The position numbers were made by a program, and so were the translations under genes. A stretch of DNA of 63,102 nt, counting the filler, from Olpidium bornovanus S191 (lineage: Eukaryota; Fungi; Olpidiomycota): assembly GCA_017911155.1 (NCBI GenBank). It is 27 parts of 27 records of this genome, joined end to end, with 100 filler letters (N's around TTAATTAATTAA, not from the genome) between each part and the next. Parts side by side here need not be neighbours in the genome. Positions count along the whole stretch, not along the records: positions 37,564 to 41,466 come from JAEFCI010009735.1; positions 41,567 to 42,570 come from JAEFCI010008083.1; positions 42,671 to 46,920 come from JAEFCI010010004.1; positions 47,021 to 49,383 come from JAEFCI010005709.1; positions 49,484 to 50,957 come from JAEFCI010009607.1; positions 51,058 to 53,484 come from JAEFCI010004111.1; 21 more parts are not named here. One strand, written 5' to 3'. Positions 38,535 through 52,439 of the stretch are shown one piece after another. The first letter of the stretch is position 1, and each line of letters opens with the position of its first letter. Under the pieces are notes generated by a model. It was not told where the DNA came from. It searched no databases and saw only the letters and a list, made by a program, of their open reading frames with translations.

Positions 38535-40459
38535 TCATTGCACAAATAGCTCTGGGGTCTCGGCCCCAACAAACTCGACGGAGTTCTGCACTTTGGCCGC
38601 CCAGTCGGCAATCTTTTGTGTCAACGCGGTAATCTGAGCCTTGTCCAGTACCCTAGGCTGCACCCACTTGACCTCAACCGTTTGCTCGACCTCATCGATA
38701 GAGCCTCTGATAAGCCCCAGCGAGAGAGCCTTCATGACAAGGTGCTCCACCTGGGATTTTGGCATGATTCAGACGGGATGGCCAGCAGAAATAAAATTTT
38801 GAACAGGCAATTTGTATGTGGGTGGGATGGTAGTGTGCAGAATTCCCACGATTCGACCGCATGAAGGGGAAAATCAGTTTTCTCACCTCATCACCCGGCA
38901 ACCGCGTCTCGGACGCGATGCTCGCAAATGGCAGGGTACGATCGTCAGGTGGCCGTTTGAAAACGGTCTCGATTAGTGCCATGAGGCAGATTTTTTGGCG
39001 GAGAAAATTGATGTGATGCGTGAGGGGGGACTTATGGTGCGGTGTCGACGTATGTCCATCGGGATTTGGCACATTCGGAGCGTGTATATCACGCGGTCGT
39101 GAGTTAATAGTGTCCACAATGGAAGGTTGAGATTGACAGTTGCTTCTTTGTCTGCTTTTCTCTTTACCTGTCTGTCAAGCTTGGCCGCGATGGCCTCAAA
39201 CCGGGTAATATCACCGGAGTTGAAGGCGAAAAGCAGCGACCTCAAATACTCCTGTGCAGTATCTTTGAGTGAGTCCAATATCGGGTGCATCAGCTGGAAA
39301 CGGCGTTTTTTTCAGAAAGATATTTCGGGAAACGATAAGTGGTTACGCGTTGGGGAACCGAAAACCATTCCGTTACGCGAACCAATTTACAAAGGGCACC
39401 GTACCAGCTCCCCAAAGTTGTATATTTTATCACTGACAAGAGCGGCGACAGCCAGGTCGTGCGCGCGGTTGACTTTATCCGCGGTGTCGATCTCGTCAAC
39501 GTTGACGCAGGCCAAAAAAAGGAGAGCATTCTTGTAGAACTGCGCGTAGTCAGCCTTCGCCTGTTTTGATTCCGCGCGCGGTACGGTAGTGGGAAGCAAT
39601 CTAGAATTCGTCAGTTGGCACGAACGTGAAAAAAGTAGATAAAGACATTATAGAAACGCCTCTCATTCTGTCAGAACCTTAAAGTAGTCGGCCGCGACGC
39701 GGTAAAAGCTGGCGTTGATCGAATTCTCGACGTGCAGGGAGTCCAAAATCTTTTCGCACTCGTCCATCGTCCGTTTCGTGCTCTCCATGTCGCCGCGTTG
39801 CAGCCTGTACCGCGCCTGCTCCATGCGCGCCCGGACGTACGCGTCCTTCGACTCTTTCACGTTGTCGGCAAGTTCCCCCAAAAACTCGATTGCCTTGTCG
39901 ACGCCATCGGCTGTGGTTTAACAACGGAGGAGGCCCCAGAGAAAGCGTTGTGCCCCGGAACCAAAAAAAAAAAAGTATTCAGTTTCGGGACTTCCCGTTG
40001 ATGCCATGGCAAAAATTTTCCCCCCCAGAAATCCTCGCAGCATGACGATCCGTCCTATGCGTTCCCTTCGGCTTGGCGCCAACACGGGAGAAGGCAAAGC
40101 ACCCGCACCTCCCTCATACTCGGCGGCCGCAACGGTGCCAAGCATAACGTAGCGCAGGGGGTTCAGCTTCTTTTGGAACGTGTTGATGAAGTTGTTGAAG
40201 ATCGAGAGAACTGTCCCGCGGGCTTCTGGCTTCGCCACATACTTGTCCAACACGGCGGTGAGTTGGTGCCATAACCTGTGAACCGGTAAGCGTTTGCAGG
40301 TAGAAGGCGGGCCGGTTTAACTTGCGGCGCGGAAGGGAGGAAGCCCCGCAAAACTCACTTTCTGTCGTAGAGGTCCTCGAAGGCAGCAAGGTCTGTTGCC
40401 AGCGCGGGCAAAGCCGTTCTCTTCTGCGTGTCAAGGAACGCGTGAACGTCGACGTCCAT
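38535..40459 (-). CDS. RPN9: 26S proteasome lid subunit Rpn9/PSMD13, multi-exon, complete
   Basis: FEDLYDRK/LWHQLT; FYKNALLFLAC; RAHDLAVAALV..IYNFGEL/LMHPILDSL; FLRQKICLMALIE; VEHLVMKALSLGLIRGSIDEV....V.WVQPRVLD. Confidence 0.97.
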
Positions 40460-41689
40460 GGCGGCCTGCCTTCGGTGGAACAGGGAGGGGCCTGGCCGGG
40501 CGTGTGCGCCTGGCTCCCGCGCGGCCCTTCCGTGAGCACTAAGCCAGTTTGGTCACGTGACCGCAGAGGAGATTTCTGTCCCTCCGGTTGGAGCCTTTCC
40601 GCCCAGCAATTTTCTTTTTGCGACCGGCGGCTTTTTCGGAACCAAAAAAAAAAAAAAAAAAAAAGGAAAATCGGTATTCACCAAACGCCACGATTTGCCG
40701 CGCATTCGCCCTTATCTCTCTCTCGCGGAGTGGGCCGTGGTCAAGAGCGATCAAGAGTGCTGCTAACGTCACTTGTTTAGCCGTGATCAGTCTTATATCC
40801 AACTCGATTTATCACGGCACGCAATGCGTGCTTGATCAGAGCATCGGTGGAATCAGCGCCCGAGGGCAATGATGTGACACGTCTTTTTGGTTCGAGGAGA
40901 AGGCGGGGCGTTTCCTTTCGGGTACCCCGCTCCTCTTGCGCTTTGCGACCGCGGGACTGCTCTCCTATTTCCAAACGGTCCGCCCACCATGCGGCGGCTC
41001 CTTCTCGCTCGGCTAGGGAAAGTGCCGTTCCTCGGAGACATCCTTTGGAGACGTGTCCTCCACGCGGCCTGCAACGTCGCCGGGTGCGTCCGTGCTGTCA
41101 TAGTTTCGTGATTGCGAACGTTCCGGGCGTGCAGAGCGCTCGGCAAAAACAGAGAATAAGGCAACGTATGTGAAGAGCTCAACAGTGCATTCCCCTGTGA
41201 CTCCGGGTAATCCCGCCAAGCCACAGATTCTCGCACTGTGTCTGGCTCCGAGTTAGGAGTATTCGCAGATGCAGAGTAATGACAACAGACGCGAACTCGG
41301 CTTTGATGTTTGCATTTTGCAAATTCAAAAAGGGGGGGGTATACAGCCTCAGTGGCGAACTGGGCTCTTCTTACGACCCAAACCTAAGGGCCGGGAAACG
41401 CGTAGACAACCGTCCACGAGCAAGGCATCGACGCTGAAACCCCGCTCCGGTCCGAGAAATTCCCCCNNNNNNNNNNNNNNNNNNNNNNNNNNNNNNNNNN
41501 NNNNNNNNNNTTAATTAATTAANNNNNNNNNNNNNNNNNNNNNNNNNNNNNNNNNNNNNNNNNNNNAAAAAAAAAAAACGGCAGGCGTCAACTGGTCAGC
41601 GCAAAAGGTTGCGTCCCAACACGGCGCCAATTTCCCCGAGAGCGCTTGCCGCGTGCACGCACAAGTGAAGGGGAATCCCCGCATCGTAC

Positions 41690-42427
<738 letters not shown>

Positions 42428-42746
42428 GTCGTGAGCCAGGCAGGCGGGGCCGTGCGGGGACGGGGAAGGCGGGGAATTTATCGTCTTACTTCCGGGAGAG
42501 AAAAAAAAAATCCTCCGACTGGCGCCGCCCCGTCGAATTCTCTCGAATAGAAACGATCCCAGCGCGCGCGNNNNNNNNNNNNNNNNNNNNNNNNNNNNNN
42601 NNNNNNNNNNNNNNTTAATTAATTAANNNNNNNNNNNNNNNNNNNNNNNNNNNNNNNNNNNNNNNNNNNNAAAAGAAAAAAAAAAAAAAGAAAAAAAAAA
42701 AAACTCCGCCCTCTTACCTGCCCTCCGCCCCCGGCCCGGACGCCCA

Positions 42747-44958
42747 ATGCCGCCGCCGCAGACGGAGGCGCCCATGCCGCCCGCCGCCGCGGACCCGCTC
42801 CGCGCGTACCTCGAGTCGCTGCCGGAGTGGGCCGACCAGAGGAGGGTCGACTCGCTTTTTTCAAACCTCGGCCGCCTGCAGGCCGCGAACCCTGTCGCCT
42901 ACGACCGCAACGTGAGCTTCTGGAAGAGCCTCATCCTCACCGCCGCCGACGAGGGCTGGTCGCTGGAGTCGCCCGCCCGCGACGGCCGCGGCGCGTCGCT
43001 GCTCGTGGTCACCGAGGAGTCTCTCGCCGCGCGGTTCCAGCGGAAAGGCGCTGCTCCAGTTGGACTGGGGGCTGTCCTGGTAAGCAGCCCCGCAGGAAGG
43101 CGCGGGCAACGCGGCCTTGCTTCCTCTCTCCCTCTCACTCTCTCTCTCTCACTCCTCTCTCCTCCCCCCCCTCTTCCCTTCCCGCTTGCTCCCCCTTTGA
43201 CCGCGGCGAGTTCGGCGTCTTTTGACACCCCGCCCGCAACCCCTCCTTCCCAGGGCCGGACGGCTGCTTACGCAAACGTTTCTCCTCGTTGCGAAAATAA
43301 TAACCTTGCGCGTCCCGCGGGCGCTTCCAGGCCGACATGGCAAGCTCTGGCGAAGTGGCCCCGTTGTCGACGTTCACGGGCCGCGCGCCGGCCGGCGGTT
43401 CGCGGGGAGTTTGGAGCGCGTCGCAGAGCGCGGCGGCATGGGTATTTAAAAGCCTTGTGTGGGCTCCTCTCGCTTGGACGTTCGCGCTCGTCGTCCCGAT
43501 CGACTTCGAAAGCCGGAAGGCCGCTGGTTCGGCAGGGGCTGGCCGCAACGAAGCCGTCGTGTTGGTGCCGGCACTGCGGGTAGGAGAGGAGGGGCGGCGC
43601 GACGAGAGGAGCCACGCACGCCTTTGGAGTTCGCGGCAGCTCGACTTCGTCTGATGCTCCTTGGGACGGAACGAACTCCCCGTTTTCACCCGTAGAGGAT
43701 TGCAGACCGGCTATTGAGGCAGCATTACGCATCCGTGGCACATCCGATCACCGACAACATGATGCCCGTCGCCGAGCTGCTGTCAAGCATGAGGCTCGAG
43801 CCGCAGGGCCGGCAGGCGATCCCGCTATCAGAAGTGGACAAGAACGTTGTTCTGCAACACTGGATCCTTTCCGGAACGGTTGTCGTCGAGGACGTGGGCG
43901 AACATGGGCTGGGCAGCGTGAGAAATCTACGTCCATCGACCGGCCCGGTCCGCGAACGAATTCGAGTTAGCTCTGCGCTAAACCTGGTGTCAACCGGTAG
44001 ATCGCCAAGTTCCGGGACAACGACCGCGACGGGAAGAGACCCCTCGTTCTGACGAAAACCGACAAGGGCATCGCGCAAATAAAGAGGACGCGTTATTTGG
44101 TGGCCAAGCAGATCGAAGACCTCGAGTCAAAGATATCAGAGTACGGAAACGGTTGCAGGGCGAGCTGGCGGGGTGACTGCGAAAATATAAACGAATGCGG
44201 CGATCTCGCTGTTGCAGCCTCCTCGCCAAGGCCCGGGCGGACGTCACGGTGCCGCACAAGAAGGCCCTGGCTTTGTCCTCGTTGCGACGCAAGCGGCTTC
44301 TTTCGGACGTCCTGTTGAAGCGAATCGGATCGTTGGAAACCCTGGAAAATGTTTTGTTGAAGATACAGACCGCCGCGACGGACGGCGAGGTAGGCATAGG
44401 CGTCGACTTGCGTGTAGCCTCCGGATCTCGACTAAACTGCTTTTTGCTCACCGTCGCTTTCCGTGCCTCAAGACCTTGCAGGCGTACAACGTTGCCGCAG
44501 ACACGCTTCAGTCCGTACTGCAGTCCTCCGGACTGGACGTGGGCACGGTGGACGCCGTGCTGGAGAAGTTGTCGGAGGCGATGGCCGACCAGCGGGAGAT
44601 CGAGGACGCCGTCCACGCAGGCGGCGAGGAGTTGCGGACGGCAGCGGGCGTCGAGGTTGACGCGGCAGAGCTGGATGCGGAGCTCGACGAGCTGCTGCGG
44701 CTGGACGAGGAGGAGAAGGCGAAGGAGAGAGAGGCGGCGGAAGCGGAAAAGGAGAAAGGGCGGAGGCCGCCTCTAGAGGGTCGCGGCTTTGCGGAGCCGC
44801 GTGCTGGTGTTATTGCGGACCGTATTGCTTCCGAGGCGACCGTGTCGGGGCGGGACGGCCCGCCGGTTCCGACACCGTTATCGAAGGCACTTCCGGCAGA
44901 TGACGAACTGGCGAAGGGTGATGCGGCGAAAGCGAAGAAGGCGGCCGTCCCCGCTTAG
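42747..44958 (+). CDS. CHMP7: CHMP7-like ESCRT-III protein (winged-helix region plus Snf7 domain), multi-exon
   Basis: RVDSLFSNL....ANP.AYDRNVSFWKSLI...LAARFQRKG..PVGLG.V; DKGIAQIK; ALSSLRRKR....L.KR.GSLETLE.VL.KI..A; AYNVAADTL..VD.V...L.E.MADQREIE. Confidence 0.9.
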
Positions 44959-45712
44959 AATTCGTGCGCCGCGTTTATGCAACAATGCTCCTGCTCCGTA
45001 AAACGCGCTGCGCGTCTCCATTTCGCGTCACTGGCTCCCTGTCGACGGGCTCGCGAATTGAATGCGGACAGGACGATGTTTTCGGCGGAGTTAAAAACGC
45101 GTTTATTGCGGGGAAGTGGGGAGTGGTGATGGTAAAACAAAGCAGAAAACAAATGAAAAAAAAACGCCGACGAGAGCGCGCCGGGTCAGGCCGTTCGCCG
45201 CTTGAAACGGCTTGGGTGAATGGCGCGTATGCTCTGCACGGGGAAGCGGTATGTCCGCGCGACGCGTCGTTCACGACACCGGGCCGGTGGTCGACGCGCC
45301 CGCCTCGCGTTCGCCGTCACACCCTTTCCGGCTTCCGGCATCAGATCTCGCCCTCGCCCAAAGGCGGCGGCGGGCGGGGGTGGGATGTGCGCGGGGTTTC
45401 CATGGCGCCGGAGAGTTTCCATGGTCACCGTCGTCGGCCCGGGCGCGCGGCCGACCCCGCCGCCCGCCACCTCCGGCCCCTCCGGCGACTCGCGCACGCG
45501 CGCGCTGCAAACCCCCCACACACACACACACGCACACCCGGCAAACCGCCGCCCTCACACCCCTCCCTTCCCCCCACACCCGCCGCTGTCCCGGAAGAAC
45601 AAAAAAAAAAAAAAGAAAAAAAGAGAGAGAGAGAGAGAGAGGGAGAGAAGGAAAAAATCAGACCCTCCCGCGTCCGAGTGGACGGCGTTCTTCAACTTCC
45701 CTAACCCACCAC

Positions 45713-46235
45713 ATGTCATCGGCACCCGGCAGCAGGGCGGGGTCGGCGGGATCGTCGTCGGCGGGCAGGCGGGCGTCGGTCGACCGGCGCGCGCCGCCGC
45801 CGCGCAGGAAGTCTCCGGGATCGGCGCCGTCGGCGGCGGGGGGGACGAGGAGGAGGAGTTCCGCGCGGCCGGACGTCCGGCCGTCGTCGTCGCCGTCTTC
45901 GGCGGCGGCGGCGGCGCAGGCCGCGCAGGCGGACGAGGCGACGGCGGGGACCCGGGTGGGGGCGGCCTGTGCGGTGGTGCTGGTCCCGGCGCCTGCGGGC
46001 GCCGCCGCCGGCGAGGTCGAAACGGAGGAGTCGGAGGGGGACGTGGCGCGGCGGCTGCCGGCGGAACCGCGCGCAGTTGGCGACGAGGACGACGGCGGCG
46101 AGGACGACAGCGGCGGCGGGAATCCCGAGACCCCGCAGGCGGAGGCGGCCGCGCGGCGGCCGGCAGGCGCGGAGAGCCCGACGCCGGCGCCGCCACAGGC
46201 GCACCGGTTCGCCGGCCTGCGCGGGAGCGGACGCC

Positions 46236-46268
<33 letters not shown>

Positions 46269-46614
46269 GGTCGTCCGCGGAAATCTTGACGTCGTCGACG
46301 ACGGACGTGCCGGCGGCCGCCGGGCGAGGAGCCTGGACGTCGGAAGTCGACGCCCAGGGGAGCCCCGCCGCCGCGGGCCCGGCCGCGGGCCCTGCTTTAT
46401 TGACGGCGGGCTTCGCTTTATTAAGGGTGGGCTCCGCCGCGTTGACCGCCGGTTCCTTCACGTCGACCGCGGGCTCCGTCGCGCTGACGGCCGCCGGGGC
46501 CCCCTCGGCGGATTCGCTCGCCGGGCGCGCGGACGACCGCGCGGCGGGCGACGCGCGCACGGAGCCCGGCGGCGAACCCGAACGGCCGAGGGAACGCCGG
46601 TCGATGATCCCCAT
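45713..46614 (-). CDS. Low-complexity Ala/Ser/Pro-rich hypothetical exon
   Basis: Open frame from ATG 46614 to a GT donor at 45712, with 7-aa repeats (EPAVDVK EPAVNAA EPTLNKA KPAVNKA); no family recognised. Confidence 0.4.
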
Positions 46615-46818
46615 GCCGATCCGCAGGCCGGAGCGAACGGGCCCGCCGCCGAAGCGCGACGCGGAGGCCGCGGAAGAGGCGGAGGCCCAGCTCCCGCCCG
46701 CGCCGGCGGCAGCGGATGCGCCGCAGGAAAGCCGGGGTGAGTCGGAAAAAAAAAGGGAACGGGGGCTTCTTGCCGCCGCCGGGAGAGCACGGCCCAAACA
46801 CGCGCGCGCGCGCACAAC

Positions 46819-46869
<51 letters not shown>

Positions 46870-47020
46870 AAAAACCTTTTCCCCCCCGGGTCCCCCCCAA
46901 AGTGGGGAAAAAAAAAAAAANNNNNNNNNNNNNNNNNNNNNNNNNNNNNNNNNNNNNNNNNNNNTTAATTAATTAANNNNNNNNNNNNNNNNNNNNNNNN
47001 NNNNNNNNNNNNNNNNNNNN

Positions 47021-47375
47021 AATCCTGCAGATATTTTTACCAAACCGCTGGACAGGATCAAATTCACCAAGTTCCGAGAGATGCTTGGGGTACGATCTGA
47101 CCAAGCGGAAACGTGAAACCGCCAAGTCCAGAAAAGATCAAGGGAAAAATAGGGTAAATGACCCCCTTATAGATGACCATGGGCGGCGATTAGCTAGACA
47201 GGTTTAGGATGTGCTTAGTGAGGCGGGGTGTAGAAAAGGGGGGCAATGCACGCATGGCACCGCGCACATCCAACCCCTGGACCGGAGACTTTCCCCTGAA
47301 TCCCTCTCTATAAAACCGGGTAGAATCAAGGAATAGAAGACCCCCGCGGCTCCTTTTTTCAACCCGAAGTCAACA
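47021..47375 (+). mobile_element. Ty1/copia 3' end: RNase H tail (47021-47116), PPT (about 47219-47228), LTR 47229-47375 (TGTAG...CAACA)
   Basis: NPADIFTKPLDRIKFTKFREMLGV*; GAGGCGGGG then TG; LTR shared with 10000-10124. Confidence 0.88.
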
Positions 47376-47661
47376 GGGGTGGGGTGGGGTGGGTGTGGGT
47401 AGGGCCAAAAGCGAAAGGGGGCGTGCGCCCCCGGGTGCGCATTTCTTGCGGCCCCGGTCGTTCTTCGCGGGGATTTGCTTTGTTGTTTCTTCTTCTTCTT
47501 CCCCCCCCCCCATTTTTTTTTTTTTTTCACCTTTTCCGTTTTTGTTTCGCCACACAACTCCACACACACACACACACACTCCCCCTTTTCCCCCTTTTCC
47601 CCCCTCCCTCCCCCCTTTCTCGCCCTCTTCCCCCCCCCCGGTCCCTTCGCGCGGCCTCCCC

Positions 47662-49383
47662 ATGGATGCTCGCGCTGCGTCGACCAACACGAAAACCCTC
47701 CCCCACCAGCAGCAGCAGCAGCAGCAGCAGCACGTTCACCATCAGCTTCAGTACCACCACCACCACCAACCCCACCACCACCAACCCCACCACCACCACG
47801 TCCAGAGGGACGACGGGCGCGGCCGCGAACGCTTGCCGTGTCCCATGTACCAGCCGCAGGCGTCGTCCCTCTTCGCCGATCCCGGCGACTTCGCGGATGC
47901 GCCGCGCCAGGGGCTTTCTCTCCACTACGGGAACCACGCCGTCGCGTCCGCCTCGCAGGCGCTGCCGGCTTTCCCGCCGGGCGGGTTCCGCACCGCCGCC
48001 TCCCTCCAGGCCGAGCTGGAGGAGCAGCACCAGCACCAGCACCAGCAGCCGCGCCAGCAGCAGCAGGAGCTGCGCGCCCTTTCCCACCTGCAGGCGCCGT
48101 ACTCGCCCGAACTCTCGTCCTCCCCTCCGCCCGAGCCTCCCTTTCATCTGACGACCTTCAGCGCCCCCGCACGAGCCTCCTCCACCCTGTACACCGTGTT
48201 GCCCGTCCGCTCCCAACCCTCCGCCCCGTTGTCGTTCAAGAGAGCAGCCAAGCAGTCCGACCAGTACGAGGAGCAAGACGAGCCGCTGGGATTCGAGACC
48301 AAGCAGTTTCGCGCGCAGCTCAGCCGGAAGCAGCAGATACAGCTCGCAGGCATTGCAGGCGGCGTCCGGAAATCGTCCTCTCTCATTTCGTTTCTAGGAG
48401 CGAGCGTGGCCGCCGAGGACGCGTCGAGTGAGAGGCCGGAACAGTTCGGAACACCGCAGCAAGAGGCCGGGCAAGCTGTCGTGGAGCCTCCGGATCTCGG
48501 TCGTCCTGCACAGCAGGCGTCGTCCCGCAACGGCAAGGACTTCTCTGCTCCTGCAGGAGAACTCTCGTTTAAGGGCAGGGCAGCTCTGGAGCGCAGGAGA
48601 CAGGGGTCCGAGAACGGCATTGCACCTTCCGCGGAAGCAAAGCGCGTTACACAAGGTTTTATCGAGGTGGACAACCGGCCGTTGAAAAAGCCGAAGCCGC
48701 TTGATGTAAAAAGCGAGTTTACACAGAAGCCCGCGAACCCAGTGAACCCAGCGAACGCCGAGGTTGCGCCGCCTGCTCCGAAATTGGCTGCTCTTTCCGA
48801 TCTCCAGGAGGCCAGACGCAAGGCCGTTGACGCATTGATGGCCAAAGGAGAGACCTACGAGGAAGCATATGCGGCGACCGAAAATATGATGTCGGCCGGC
48901 TCTTGGTCCACAGATTCGAATCCGGCCATCCCTGCTCGTAAGCTTCATCCCCTACCTCCGAAGCCGGCCGCGCAGCGCGTGGCTCTTACTTCGCCGTCGT
49001 TGAAGAAAGAACCGGTTCCGCCAAAGCGGTTGTCACCGGTCGCCACCCGGAACGCCGAAGCGCCCGTCGCGCCCTCTTGTAACTCTGCAGATGACGCCGC
49101 CAAGGCACCTTTTGTCTCCCAGGGATCTGATAAACAGGACTCAAGGTCGAGTGCCTCGTCTCCTAGACTCCAAGTTGTGACAGCCAATTCAGCTATCGAC
49201 AGAACTGATCAAAGAGCTGCTTCCGACTCTGCGGCCACCAGTTGCCATGCCTCCGGTTTTGGCCATGCTCAATCTCAGGGCGCCGATGGTGACAGGTTGT
49301 CCAAGAATTGTGACAGCAACAAACCCGAGCGCCGCTTGCCCGCATCCCAGGAGCAGGTGTTTGGAGATTTACCAAAAGACGCC
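47662..49383 (+). CDS. Hypothetical protein with N-terminal polyQ/polyH tract, 3' partial
   Basis: About 570 uninterrupted codons from ATG 47662 (MDARAASTNTKTLPHQQQQQQQQHVHH..); no domain recognised. Confidence 0.65.
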
Positions 49384-49505
49384 NNNNNNNNNNNNNNNNN
49401 NNNNNNNNNNNNNNNNNNNNNNNNNNNTTAATTAATTAANNNNNNNNNNNNNNNNNNNNNNNNNNNNNNNNNNNNNNNNNNNNCCGCCCCCCCCCGCGCC
49501 CCCCG

Positions 49506-49545
<40 letters not shown>

Positions 49546-50159
49546 TTCTTCCCCCTTAGCCCTTCTCCCCGCCCCCGCCAGCCGGCAAGCGTTTCCCGGG
49601 AGGGCCTCCTCGGTCACAATGCGTCAAGCAACCGGAGCCTGCCGGGGCTCCACCCGCGCAAAACGCCCGAAAATAGCCTCTTTTGGGAGGTCGAAAGGCT
49701 CGCAGAGCACAACCCCCCCCCCCCAAAGGGGTCGCCGACCTCGGCGCAAGACGCGGCAAACAGCCCCCGGGCAACCGCGCGCCTGCCGCCGATCGCTGCG
49801 GGGATGTTATCCTTGCTTTCGCTGGTTGCGTCGCCAGTCCGTTAGCTTCAGCCAGCCCTCCCCGCAATCAGCTCGATCAGAGTCTCCGTAATTAGCTCGA
49901 CCATCCGTTCGCTATAAAAACCGGCGAGGGGAGGCCGGCAAAACAAAAAAACAATGCGCACGCACGATTCACCCCCTCCGCAAAAAAAAACCAACGAATT
50001 CGCTGCGAGCGAGCGAATTAGACCGCGACAGCGCGATCAAATGTTCCGCCGAACGGACTATCACGTTTCAAGCGCGTCTCTTCTCTCATATTTCGTATTC
50101 TGGAAGTGCAACAGGGGAGCGGTCGCGTTCCTCAGTCGTTTCGCGGCTTCACCCGACCG

Positions 50160-50760
50160 TTCCCCATTGGGCAGCCGTGAAACGCATCCTCCCGCTACCT
50201 TGCCGGCACTGCCGATCTCGCGCTCTTTTTCCCACGGCGTTCTCCGAACCCCGACGCCGACACTGCTGCCGCCGACGGACCAATCTCACAATTACCCACC
50301 TTGTCGCTTACAGCGGCAGCGATTGGGCATGCGCCGTTTCTGACGGGCTGGTTCTTCCGCTTTGGAGTGGCTCCCATTAGCCGGTGATCTGCCCGCCCGC
50401 CGATTGGTCATTGCCCACAGCAGCACGGAAGCAGAAGTTATGGCGGCCTCGGACGCCTGCCGCGAGCTCGCCTTTTTCCGCCAGCTTTATCTCGACGTCA
50501 CCGGCCTTCCAAACCAGGCCACACTCTATCCCGACAACCACGGGGCCATTGAAATAGCGTCTGGTCATCGTCGTCTCTCCCACCGCTCCAAGCATAAGGA
50601 GCTTTGCCACCTTTATGTTCAGGACGCCGTTGCCAGCAACGCCGTCATTGTTACCGCCGTGGCGTCTGCCGACAACCTCGCCGGCGGCTTTACTGAAGCC
50701 CTCCCTGGCCCGGCCTTCGACCTCTTTCGCGGCAAGCTCGGCCTTCGCTCCTTGGCCCAC
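50160..50760 (+). mobile_element. Degenerate Ty1/copia RT end and RNase H
   Basis: HWAAVKRIL/RYLAGTADLAL; AYSGSDWA; IAHSSTEAEVMAASDACRE..DNHGAIEIA..RSKH..DNLAGGFTEAL...F...R.KLG. Confidence 0.88.
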
Positions 50761-51057
50761 CCCATCATCCGGCCCGCCCAACCCGCCTGTCTGCTCCGTT
50801 TTTCCCTCGCAGGAAAAGACCGGGTTAAGACATGCGTCATGGATCAAGGCCGCGAGTTCCTGCAACTTCTCTTGGATCTTTTGTGCGGCTATGCGGCCGT
50901 GCGTTGCAGTGCCTCCCCTCCTCCAATTTCTCACCGTCTTCCCCTCACCGTTCCAGGNNNNNNNNNNNNNNNNNNNNNNNNNNNNNNNNNNNNNNNNNNN
51001 NTTAATTAATTAANNNNNNNNNNNNNNNNNNNNNNNNNNNNNNNNNNNNNNNNNNNN

Positions 51058-51480
51058 TAGCGGCTACCGAAAAGCGGCGGCGTCAAAAGCGCAGCGGCGG
51101 CCAGAAAGCGGCTGCGATGGTGTAGCGGCTACCGAAAAGCGGCGGCGTCAAAAGCGCAGCGGCGGCCAGAAAGCGGCTACGATGAGCGGCCGGTGGTGAT
51201 GAGGAATCCTCTTCGTCACGCGGTCAGCGGGGATGACGGCGGCGGTGAGCAGCGATGAGGAGGTCCTCTTCGTCCCGTGGTCAGCGGGGATGGCGGCGGT
51301 GAGGAGGTCCTCTTCTTCCCGCGGTCAGCGGGGATGGCGGCGGTGAGCGGCGGTGAGCGGCGGTGAGGAGGTCCTCTTCTTCCCGCGGTCAGCGGGGATG
51401 GCGGCGGTAAGCGGCCTTTTCTTCCCGCGGTCATCGGGGATGGCGGCGGTGAGTGGCCGGCTGCGGCGGCAGCTTTTTTT
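51058..51480 (-). repeat. GC-rich tandem arrays (two 65-bp units, then several units of about 45 bp), same family as 11593-11812
   Basis: TAGCGGCTACCGAAAAGCGGCGGCGTCAAAAGCGCAGCGGCGGCCAGAAAGCGGCT occurs at 51058 and 51123; repeated GAGGAGGTCCTCTTC..CCCG.GGTCAGCGGGGATGGCGGCGG blocks follow. Confidence 0.85.
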
Positions 51481-51782
51481 TTTCTAGAGCGTTGCTACCA
51501 TGTACTGTGGAAGGTCTTTTTACGCGTCGTGTGAGGTACGGGTAAAGGTAACGGGTAAGGGAGCACAGGAAGCGGGGGGTGGGGTAGGCGGTGGAGGCGG
51601 GAAGTAGGAGATACGCGTTTGGCTACAGCACAGCCCGCACACGAACTAGAACAGCCCTAGCCACTACCCGAACCGCAACGACCCCAAAAAGGAAGGCACC
51701 CACCGCCGAGGCGAGTCCTTCTCTGAAGAATAGAGCACGCGTTTGAAGCCCAGTTTAGAGTTGCCGCCGAGGCATAGAGCAA

Positions 51783-51837
<55 letters not shown>

Positions 51838-52056
51838 GAGTCAAAAAGGCCGCCGACCTTAGCGCCCCAGCGGTCGTCGGAAGAGACTGCCATCGGACCA
51901 GATTGAGCCGTTCTAGCCCACACCGCGGTATGGTGCCGAAGTCAGTCTCCGTGTTCAAACAGTGCTAAAGGAGAAACCGTGACCAAGGATGGCCTCGGCC
52001 AGCATCCAGCCCCCCAGCAACGCCCTCCACACCTTCCTTCCCTCTTTGTGCGGTCG

Positions 52057-52103
52057 GGCGACCATGGCGACCATGGCGACCATGGCGACCATGGCGACCA
52101 TGG
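52057..52103. repeat. 9-bp tandem repeat (GGCGACCAT)x5
   Basis: Read directly. Confidence 0.97.
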
Positions 52104-52439
52104 TTCAACTGCGGTGACCCGTTTCACGCGTTTTCACCGCGCTAACTCGTTTCCTGACTTTCATTCCTTCCGCCTTGACGGGGAAAGACCCAAACCAAGT
52201 GGTTTGGACTCAATTTAAAGGCTTCGACGAGGCCTTTCGAACGAGCCGTGAACCGGCTTGGGTAGGTGCCTGTGAGACCAGCTAGGTGCATTCAAAGTTG
52301 ACTTCCATGTTCAAACCGTGCTAAAAAGAGGAAAAGTGACGTACTTCGGCCTCCAAACCAGATAGAGACTTGCGGTTTTTCTTTGGAGGGTTTCTCTCAG
52401 AGTTGCTCACCTTCCTGGAGACGGCCCTATCGACTGCAG

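Noticed and set aside
45212-46972. Many long overlapping ORFs in the supplied track (for example 45212-46972, 34792-36099, 338-1378)
   Set aside because: Shadow frames of GC-rich coding or low-complexity sequence, often running through homopolymers, with no recognisable domains.
52057-52103. (GGCGACCAT)x5 as a functional element
   Set aside because: Short perfect minisatellite in TE-derived sequence with no coding or structural context; only its CATG content was noted.
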